Source: an uncultured Rhodospirillaceae bacterium (GTDB taxonomy: Bacteria > Pseudomonadota > Alphaproteobacteria > Rhodospirillales > Defluviicoccaceae). From it: a DNA stretch of 47,700 nt. The notes beneath the pieces were generated by a model. The model saw only the letters and a program-made list of their open reading frames with translations, did no database searches and was not told the origin of the DNA. Position numbers and translations under genes: made by a program. The stretch is taken from NCBI GenBank assembly GCA_964495295.1, contig CAZBWP010000002.1, positions 1-47,700 on the forward strand, written 5' to 3'. This document shows positions 19,108 to 25,933 of this stretch, one piece after another (the first letter of the stretch is position 1; each line of letters opens with the position of its first letter).

Positions 19108-20256
19108 ATGGGCCTGCAAGGCCATCGCCAACACGAGATCACGCTGGGCCGCAAGCTGTGGCAGGTGCGCTGGCTGTTCGTGCTGCTGCTCTGCGCCGCG
19201 GCGTCCGTCGGCGTCGGGCTGCTGTACTCGGCGGCCAACGGCAGCTTCGAGCCGTGGGCGGTGCGCCACGTCGTTCGCTTCGCGGTGTGCCTCGGCATTC
19301 TGCTCGTGGTCGCGCTGGTCGATATCCGCGTCTGGCTGCGCGGCGCCTACGGCATCTATGTCGTCTGTCTGATCCTGCTCGTTGCCGTCGAGGTCGCCGG
19401 GTCGGTGGGCATGGGCGCCCAGCGCTGGATCAACCTCGGGATCATCAATCTGCAGCCGTCGGAGTTCATGAAGATTGCGCTGATGCTGGCGCTGGCCCGC
19501 TACTTCCATTTCCTGGCGGTCGAGGACATCGGCCGGCCGTTGGTGCTGCTTCCGCCGCTGTTCCTGGTGGCGGTTCCGGCGCTGCTGGTGCTCCGTCAGC
19601 CAGACCTGGGAACGGCGTTGATGCTGCTGCTTGCCGGCGGGATGCTGTTCTTCGTGGCCGGCGTGCGCCTGTGGAAATTTGCGGTGGTGATCGTCGCCGC
19701 CGCCGCCGCCGCGCCCCTGGCCTGGGGCATGCTGCGGGACTATCAGCGACAGCGGGTGCTGACGTTTCTCGATCCCGAGAGCGATCCGCTCGGCGCCGGC
19801 TATCACATCATCCAGTCGAAGATCGCGCTCGGCTCCGGCGGCATCAGCGGCAAGGGCTTCCTGCAGGGCACCCAGACCCATCTGAACTTCCTGCCGGAAA
19901 AGCAGACCGATTTCATCTTCACCATGCTCGCCGAGGAATTCGGGCTGATCGGCGCGCTTGGGCTGCTGATGCTCTACGTGCTCATCCTCGGCTACTGTTT
20001 CGCCATCGCGCTGTCGTCCCGCAACCAGTTCTCGCGATTGCTCTCGATCGGTGTCGGGGTCACGTTTTTTCTCTATCTTTTCATCAACATCGCCATGGTG
20101 ATGGGGCTGATCCCGGTGGTCGGGGTGCCGCTGCCGCTGGTCTCCTACGGCGGGACGGCGATGCTGTCGCTGATGTTCGGCTTCGGACTGTTGATGAGCG
20201 CCCACATCCACCGGGATGTCCTGATCGGTCGCCGCGGGGCCGACGACGCGGCCTGA
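19108..20256 (+). CDS. rodA: rod shape-determining protein RodA (SEDS glycosyltransferase)
   Basis: QPSEFMKIALMLALARY, LRQPDLGTAL, LPEKQTDFIFTMLAEEFG and PLPLVSYGGTAML are SEDS family motifs. Confidence 0.93.
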   Translation: MGLQGHRQHEITLGRKLWQVRWLFVLLLCAAASVGVGLLYSAANGSFEPWAVRHVVRFAVCLGILLVVALVDIRVWLRGAYGIYVVCLILLVAVEVAGSVGMGAQRWINLGIINLQPSEFMKIALMLALARYFHFLAVEDIGRPLVLLPPLFLVAVPALLVLRQPDLGTALMLLLAGGMLFFVAGVRLWKFAVVIVAAAAAAPLAWGMLRDYQRQRVLTFLDPESDPLGAGYHIIQSKIALGSGGISGKGFLQGTQTHLNFLPEKQTDFIFTMLAEEFGLIGALGLLMLYVLILGYCFAIALSSRNQFSRLLSIGVGVTFFLYLFINIAMVMGLIPVVGVPLPLVSYGGTAMLSLMFGFGLLMSAHIHRDVLIGRRGADDAA

Positions 20257-20422
20257 CGGCGCGGGCCGTCCGAAGCCAAACGCCTCGACAATCGCTGGAG
20301 CACTTGCTAGATACGGTGCCTTCCCGTGCACGGCTTGGCGCGGGCGTTCGCGTCGCGTCGGCGATGCCAACGGATTTGGCCAACGCACGGGGAGGGAACG
20401 AGGCACCGCACGAGGACACGGA

Positions 20423-20715
20423 GGGCCGTTAGCTCAGTTGGTAGAGCAGCTGACTCTCGATTGGGAGCCCACGTCGGAAACGGGGTGGTGACAAGGCGTC
20501 AAAGTCGGGGAACCCGTCCGGTGCGGCCGACGGCAATCCCGAGCCAAGCCCCGCGAGGGGAAGGTGTAGAGACCAGACGGCGCCCGCCTACGTCCCGGTG
20601 ACGGGATACGGCGATGGGATGGTCCGGGCCACAAACCCCAGCGAGCGGGGGCGGCGAAAGCCGTGGTGGTGGAGTAATCAGCGGGTCGAAGGTTCGAGTC
20701 CTTCACGGCCCACCA
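20423..20715 (+). tRNA. tRNA-Lys(CUU) gene interrupted in the anticodon loop (exon 1 20423-20457, exon 2 20675-20715)
   Basis: Joined exons give a 76-nt cloverleaf: GGGCCGT-TA-GCTC-AGTTGGTA-GAGC-A-GCTGA-CTCTTAA-TCAGC-GGGTC-GAAGG-TTCGAGT-CCTTC-ACGGCCC-A-CCA. It is very close to canonical bacterial tRNA-Lys as I recall it. Confidence 0.9.
20458..20674 (+). ncRNA. group I self-splicing intron (IC3-like, Azoarcus/Agrobacterium tRNA-intron lineage), 217 nt, no ORF
   Basis: P1: exon CUCU pairs with intron GGAG (20464-20467), with U57-G64 as the wobble. P10: GAUUG (20459-20463) pairs with exon-2 UAAUC. The terminal nucleotide is G20674. GNRA-capped helices are GAAA 20477-80, GCGA 20553-56 and GUGA 20598-601. 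P4 is UCGGG/CCCGA and P5 is CCGUC/GACGG. The core GAAGGUGUAGAGACCAGACGGCGCCCGCCUA (20560-20590) closely matches my recollection of the Azoarcus ribozyme core. Confidence 0.88.
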
Positions 20716-20954
20716 ACACCTGTTGCAGCACCCGGCGGGCGGTGACGTCGGGCGCCTTTCCAGCAAATGCCACAGGACCACCCGATCGGCCTGTATCGGA
20801 AACTGGCGTCGAAAACGATCGGTCGATCAGGTCCGGCGGTCCGATCGAGCGGTGCGGCACGTCGGGCGCACGGAAGCCTCCGGGCGCCGCGCTGTCTTGA
20901 TCACGGCCCGAATCACCGTGGATCCGCTGCGGCGGCAAGGCGCCAGAGCCGCGT

Positions 20955-20989
20955 AAAAGGGGGCGGCGACCGACGCGGCCGACGCCGCC
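20955..20989 (-). terminator. candidate intrinsic terminator (minus strand)
   Basis: On the minus strand, GGCGGCG - 14-nt loop - CGCCGCC is followed by CCCTTTTAC. It lies about 260 nt downstream of the small minus-strand CDS. Confidence 0.3.
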
Positions 20990-21245
20990 GCTTATGCCAC
21001 AGAGATCTGGTTAAATTGCCCGCATTTGCCGTGTTTTTGGGCAATCATTGGAAAGTGCGGAAAAGACCGAGGGTTAGGCTTCCCCGTCCCGGACTTCTCA
21101 ACAGGCTTGTGCACTCGTTCGGGGGATTATTGTCAGTCGATGTTCGAGAACCGCCGGAAAGGCAGCAATTTGCTCCCGGTGGCGTGACCGCAGGCCGCCT
21201 CGGCCCAGGCGCTCCGAGAGATCTTCGAAAAGAATCCGGCGGTGG

Positions 21246-21464
21246 TCAGAAAGCTTCGTTGCGGCAGTCGCGGAATCCGGAACGGCGTTGACGAACGTCC
21301 GCCATCAGCGCCTGCACGTCGGCCGACCGCACCCGGTCGCGCGCCATCATCAAACGAATGATCGGGTCGGCGAGCATCTCCTCAAGGGTCGGCTCTGCCT
21401 TGGAAGACGAGGGGTCGGCGCTCCGTCTCGATGCCTCGGACCCGATCGTGTCCCGCGCTTTCAT
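21246..21464 (-). CDS. small conserved hypothetical protein (72 aa)
   Basis: MKARDTIGSE...LEEMLADPIIRLMMARDRVRSADVQALMADVRQRR. The DP-I-RL-MM-D-V motif resembles small uncharacterised alphaproteobacterial proteins I recall. ATG 21464 was chosen inside the longer ORF. Confidence 0.5.
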   Translation of the reverse strand: MKARDTIGSEASRRSADPSSSKAEPTLEEMLADPIIRLMMARDRVRSADVQALMADVRQRRSGFRDCRNEAF

Positions 21465-21546
21465 CGCTCGCCCGTCCCTTTCGCCGCGCCGACGCGACCA
21501 GCTGCCGCCCGCGCCCGGCACCATCGTCAATTCCACTCGACTAATT

Positions 21547-21575
21547 AAAATAGTATACTTCTTGCGGGTTTACAA
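21547..21575 (-). promoter_or_regulatory. candidate sigma70-like promoter for the small CDS
   Basis: On the minus strand, TTGTAA (rc 21570-21575), 17 nt spacer, TATTTT (rc 21547-21552), in an AT-rich patch. Confidence 0.3.
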
Positions 21576-21658
21576 CGATCGACACGCGCCATTGTGGATG
21601 CCAAGCGTTCCTGGTTGTGGTGGGCGCGGGGCGCGCTGGGCGAAATGCCGCTGGCGGC

Positions 21659-23161
21659 TCAGCGCATGGTCGGGAACAGGAAGTCGGCGCCGGCGGTGAT
21701 GCCGCCGTCCCAGCGGGTGGTGACGGTCTTCTGGCGGGTGTAGAAATGGACGCCTTCGGGACCGTAGATGGGGTGGCCGCCGAACAGGCTGGCCTTCCAG
21801 CCGCCGAAGCTGTGGAACGCCATGGGCACCGGGATCGGCACGTTGATGCCGACCATGCCGACCTCGATGGCGCTGGCGAAGGCGCGGGCGGCATCGCCGC
21901 TGCGGGTGAAGATCGCCGTGCCGTTGGCGAACGGATGGCCGCGGATCAGGTCCACCGCCGCGGGGTAGTCGGGGACCCGGGCGATGGTCAGCACCGGGCC
22001 GAAGATCTCCTCCTGCCAGACCCGCATGGCCGGCGTCACCCGGTCGAAGACGCTGCCGCCGATGAAGAAGCCGTTGGCGTAGCCCTGGGGCGGCCGGAAG
22101 CCGCGGCCGTCGACCAGCAGCTCGGCACCCTCGGCGACGCCGACGTCAACGTAGTCGGCCACCTTGTCCCGGTGCGCGCCGGTGACGAGTGGCCCCATCT
22201 CGGCGTCGGCATCGGTACCGGGACCGATTTTCAGCGCCTTGACCCGCGGGACGATGCGCCGGGCCAGTTCGTTGGCGACGGCCTCGCCCACCGGCACGGC
22301 GGTCGCGATCGCCATGCAGCGTTCGCCGGCCGAGCCGAAGACCGAGCCCATCAGCGCATCCACCACCAGATCCATGTCGGCATCGGGGAGGATGACCATG
22401 TGGTTCTTGGCGCCGCCGAGCGCCTGCACCCGTTTGTCGTGGGCGGCGCCGGTGTGGTAGACGTGCCGGGCGATCGGCGTCGAACCGACGAAGCTGACGG
22501 CGGCGATGGCGGGATGGCCGAGAATTGCGTCGACCACCTCCCGGTCCCCCTGCACCACGTTGAACACGCCGTCCGGCAGCCCCGCCTCGCGCAGCAGTTC
22601 GGCGAGGATCAGCGAGGCCGACGGATCCTTCTCCGACGGCTTGAGGATGAACGTGTTGCCGCAGGCGATGGCGACCGGGAACATCCACATGGGCACCATC
22701 GCCGGGAAGTTGAACGGCGTGATCCCGGCGACGACGCCGAGCGGCTGACGCAGCGTGTAGCTGTCCATGTGCGAGCCGATGTTCTCGCTCATCTCGCCCT
22801 TCAACAGGTGCGGGATCCCGACGCAGAACTCGACGATCTCGATGCCGCGGGTGACCTCGCCGGCGGCATCGGCCAGCACCTTGCCATGCTCGGCGGTGAT
22901 CGCCCGGCAGATCCCGTCGAAGTGCTTCTCCAGCAGCATGCGGAATTTCAGCAGGATGCCGGCGCGCTTCTGCGGCAGGGTGGCGGCCCAGCCGGGCAAC
23001 GCCCGGCGGGCGGCATCCACCGCCTTTTGTACATCGGCCGCGGTGCCGAATTGGACGACGCGCGTTTGCTCGCCCGTTGCCGGATTGAAGACCGGGCCAT
23101 GCCGGTTGCCGCCGGCGTCGACGATGCGGCCGTCGATGTAGTGTCGGACGATGCTTTCCAT
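21659..23161 (-). CDS. mmsA: CoA-acylating methylmalonate/malonate-semialdehyde dehydrogenase
   Basis: MESIVRHYIDGR..., FNFPAMVPMWMFPVAIACGNTFILKPSEKDP, and the catalytic Cys region GSAGERCMA. Start ATG 23161 was chosen inside the longer track ORF. Confidence 0.92.
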   Translation of the reverse strand: MESIVRHYIDGRIVDAGGNRHGPVFNPATGEQTRVVQFGTAADVQKAVDAARRALPGWAATLPQKRAGILLKFRMLLEKHFDGICRAITAEHGKVLADAAGEVTRGIEIVEFCVGIPHLLKGEMSENIGSHMDSYTLRQPLGVVAGITPFNFPAMVPMWMFPVAIACGNTFILKPSEKDPSASLILAELLREAGLPDGVFNVVQGDREVVDAILGHPAIAAVSFVGSTPIARHVYHTGAAHDKRVQALGGAKNHMVILPDADMDLVVDALMGSVFGSAGERCMAIATAVPVGEAVANELARRIVPRVKALKIGPGTDADAEMGPLVTGAHRDKVADYVDVGVAEGAELLVDGRGFRPPQGYANGFFIGGSVFDRVTPAMRVWQEEIFGPVLTIARVPDYPAAVDLIRGHPFANGTAIFTRSGDAARAFASAIEVGMVGINVPIPVPMAFHSFGGWKASLFGGHPIYGPEGVHFYTRQKTVTTRWDGGITAGADFLFPTMR

Positions 23162-23208
23162 CGGCGTCCCCGTTGCTGCGTCTGTTGCTTGGGATGCGCC
23201 CGCGATCG

Positions 23209-24327
23209 TCAGGCGGCGATCACGCGCTCGGCCGGGACGTGCTCGTAGCCGAGGTCGCGCGCCACCGCCGGGTGTGTCACCTTGCCGCGGTGGACGTTGA
23301 GGCCGTGCAGCAGATGCGGATCGTCGGCCAGCGCCCGTCGGTAGCCCTTGTCGGCGAGCGCCAGGGCGAACGGCAGCGTCGCATTGTTTAGCGCGAACGC
23401 CGACGTGCGCGGCACCGCGCCCGGCATGTTGGTGACGCAATAGTGGACGACACCGTCGACGATGTATGTCGGCTCGGCGTGCGACGTCGGTCGGCTGGTC
23501 TCGAAACAGCCGCCCTGGTCGATGGAGATGTCCACCAACACCGCCCCCTTCTTCATCTGCGCCACCAGCTCACGGCTCACCAGCTTCGGCGCGGCGCCGC
23601 CGGGGACCAGCACCGAGCCGATCACCAGATCGGCGGCGCGGACATAGCGCTCGATGGCGTCCCGGGTCGAGTACATGGGGTTGAACTGCCGGCCGAACCG
23701 CATGTCCAGTTCATAGAGCCGGTCGAGCGACAGGTCGAGCACGGTGACGTGGGCTTCCAGGCCCATGGCCATGCGCGCGGCATTGGTTCCGGCGACGCCG
23801 CCGCCGAGGATCACCACGTTGGCCGCCGCGACGCCGGAGACGCCGCCGAGCAGGATCCCGGCGCCGCCCTGTTCGCGCTCGAGACAGTGCGCGCCCACCT
23901 GCACCGACATGCGCCCCGCCACCTCGCTCATCGGGGCGAGCAGCGGCAGGCCGCCGCGGGCGTCCGTCACCGTCTCATAGGCGATGGCGATACAGCCGGA
24001 TTCGACCAGCGCCTTCGTCTGCTCCGGGTCGGGCGCCAGATGCAGATAGGTGAACAGCACCTGCCCCTCGCGCAGCATCGCGCATTCGGCCGGTTGCGGC
24101 TCCTTGACCTTCACGATCATCTCGGCGGTGGCGAAGATCTCCTCCGCCGTTTCGACGACGCGACCACCCGCCGCCGCATACTCGGCATCGCCGACGCCGA
24201 TGCCGCTGCCGGCCGACCGTTCCACGAGGATGGTGTGGCCGCGGTCGGCGAGTTCACGCACGCAGGGCGGCGTGAGCCCGACGCGGGCCTCCAGGATCTT
24301 GATCTCCTTGGGCACGCCGACGATCAT
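23209..24327 (-). CDS. ald: alanine dehydrogenase
   Basis: [20 protein letters not shown]..., the NAD fold [14 protein letters not shown], and [19 protein letters not shown] lies 8 nt upstream of ATG 24327. Confidence 0.93.
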   Translation of the reverse strand: MIVGVPKEIKILEARVGLTPPCVRELADRGHTILVERSAGSGIGVGDAEYAAAGGRVVETAEEIFATAEMIVKVKEPQPAECAMLREGQVLFTYLHLAPDPEQTKALVESGCIAIAYETVTDARGGLPLLAPMSEVAGRMSVQVGAHCLEREQGGAGILLGGVSGVAAANVVILGGGVAGTNAARMAMGLEAHVTVLDLSLDRLYELDMRFGRQFNPMYSTRDAIERYVRAADLVIGSVLVPGGAAPKLVSRELVAQMKKGAVLVDISIDQGGCFETSRPTSHAEPTYIVDGVVHYCVTNMPGAVPRTSAFALNNATLPFALALADKGYRRALADDPHLLHGLNVHRGKVTHPAVARDLGYEHVPAERVIAA

Positions 24328-24385
24328 CGGAAGCACTCCTGCGCACGGTTCTTGGTCTTAATCGCAGATGTGCACGGCGTGGCGC

Positions 24386-25726
24386 CTACGCCACCTCGCG
24401 CAGGACGTCGCCGAGGATGCCGAACATCCGGTCAATGTGCGGCTTCTCCAGGATCAGCGGCGGCGACAGCGCGATGATGTCGCCGGTGGTCCGCACCATC
24501 AGCCCGCGCTCGAAGCACTTGAGGAACACGTCGAGGGCGCGCTGCGTCGGTTTGCCCGCGATCGGCTCCAGCTCGATGCCGGCAATGATGCCGAGATTGC
24601 GCAGATCGATGACGTTGGGCAGGCCCTTGAGCGAATGCACCGCGTCCTCCCAGTAGCCGGCAAGGCCGGCCGCGTGGTCGAACACCTGGTCCTCGCGGTA
24701 GACCTCGAGGGTGGCAATGGCGGCGGCGCAGGCCAGCGGATGGCCCGAGTAGGTGTAGCCGTGAAAGAGCTCGATGGCGAAATCGGGCCCGTGCATGAAC
24801 GCCTCATAGATCTCCCGGCGCACGCCGACGCCGCCCATGGGCACGACGCCGCTGGTCATCCCCTTGGCGAAGGTGACGATGTCCGGTTGGACGCCGAAGT
24901 AGTCCATGGCGAACGGTGTGCCGAGCCGGCCGAAGCCGGTGATCACCTCGTCGAAGATGAGCAGGATGCCGTAGCGGTCGCAGAAGCTGCGGAGGCGCTC
25001 GAGATAGCCCTTCGGCGGCAGGAGAACGCCGGCCGAGCCGGCCAGCGGTTCGACGATCACCGCGGCGATGGTCTCCGCCCCGTTCAGCGCCACGATGCGC
25101 TCCAGCGCGTCGGCGAGGTGCGCGCCCCACGCCGGCTGGCCGCGCGAGAAGGCGTTGTGCTCCAGGTCGTGGGTGTGCGGCAGGTGATGGACGCCGGGCA
25201 GGCCGAGCCCGAACAGCTTGCGGTTGTTGGCGATGCCGCCGACGGAGATGCCGCCGAAGCCGACTCCGTGATAGCCGCGCTCGCGCCCGACCAGCCGCGA
25301 GCGCAAGGCGTCGCCGCGCACCCGGTGGTAGGCGAGCGCGATCTTCAGCGCCGAGTCGGCGGCCTCCGAGCCGGAGTTGACGAAGAAGAACCGGTCGAGG
25401 CCCTCGGGCATCACCTCGCAAAGCCGCGCCGCATACTCGAACGACAGCGGATGGCCCATCTGGAACGGCGGCGCGTAGTCGAGCCGCGCCACCTGCTTCT
25501 GCACCGCTTCGACGATGCGGCGGTTGTTGTGGCCGGCATTGCAGCACCAGAGGCCGGCCGTCCCGTCGAGGATCGTGCGACCGTCGTGCGCCGTGTACTC
25601 CATGCCGTTTGCCGCGACCAGAAGCCGCGGGTGTGCCTTGAAGTGCCGGTTCGCGGTGAACGGCATCCAGAGGTTTTGCAGGTCGTTGGGACTTGCCGTT
25701 GCGGAGTCCGGCAGTGTCGGGGTCAT
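24386..25726 (-). CDS. beta-alanine/omega-amino acid--pyruvate aminotransferase (class III PLP)
   Basis: WMPFTANRHFKAHPRLLV, FQMGHPLSFEYAARL, IVEPLAGSAGVLLPPKGYLERLR..LLIFDEVITGFGRLG and HGYTYSGHPLACAAA closely parallel Pseudomonas beta-alanine-pyruvate transaminase as I recall it. Confidence 0.88.
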   Translation of the reverse strand: MTPTLPDSATASPNDLQNLWMPFTANRHFKAHPRLLVAANGMEYTAHDGRTILDGTAGLWCCNAGHNNRRIVEAVQKQVARLDYAPPFQMGHPLSFEYAARLCEVMPEGLDRFFFVNSGSEAADSALKIALAYHRVRGDALRSRLVGRERGYHGVGFGGISVGGIANNRKLFGLGLPGVHHLPHTHDLEHNAFSRGQPAWGAHLADALERIVALNGAETIAAVIVEPLAGSAGVLLPPKGYLERLRSFCDRYGILLIFDEVITGFGRLGTPFAMDYFGVQPDIVTFAKGMTSGVVPMGGVGVRREIYEAFMHGPDFAIELFHGYTYSGHPLACAAAIATLEVYREDQVFDHAAGLAGYWEDAVHSLKGLPNVIDLRNLGIIAGIELEPIAGKPTQRALDVFLKCFERGLMVRTTGDIIALSPPLILEKPHIDRMFGILGDVLREVA

Positions 25727-25850
25727 GGCGGTACGCTCCCTGCGCCCACGCGAAAAAACGCAAAGTCCTCATAGCACACGGGCGAAGCGCCCTGGCAAGA
25801 GCAATGTCCCCGTGCCGCCGCGCGGCCGGGCGCGGCGCACACCCTCCGTT

Positions 25851-25868
25851 AACCGATTGTTGTCGGTT
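25851..25868. promoter_or_regulatory. inverted repeat AACCGA-N6-TCGGTT in a divergent promoter region
   Basis: AACCGA (25851-56), TTGTTG, TCGGTT (25863-68), between the aminotransferase (-) and oxoprolinase (+) starts. Confidence 0.3.
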
Positions 25869-25933
25869 GGGGCGCTAACACGTCCGGGCCGGACGTCAAC
25901 GGCCACCCGGGCGCGGAGGCGTTTAGAGATCCG

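Noticed and set aside
16921-20406. 1161-aa minus-strand ORF
   Set aside because: It lies antisense to mreD, mrdA and rodA, which carry unmistakable motifs. Composition is Arg/Gly/Ala/His-rich with no recognisable domain.
20326-20781. ORFs of 91 aa (+) and 115 aa (-) across the tRNA-Lys/intron region, considered as an intron-encoded homing endonuclease
   Set aside because: They run through tRNA exon sequence and structured intron helices. They have no LAGLIDADG, GIY-YIG or HNH-like motifs and show noise-like composition. The intron appears ORF-less.
20901-20909. TCACGGCCC, a 9-nt match to the tRNA-Lys 3' end, considered as an attR/attL direct repeat marking an integrated island
   Set aside because: The match is too short to be significant in GC-rich DNA, lies only ~190 bp from the tRNA, and no integrase or foreign gene lies between or beyond it.
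21617-25774. Plus-strand ORFs of 543 aa (21617-23248), 344 aa (23443-24477) and 468 aa (24368-25774)
   Set aside because: They lie antisense to mmsA, ald and the aminotransferase, all strongly supported by motifs. No domains are recognisable in the plus-strand translations.
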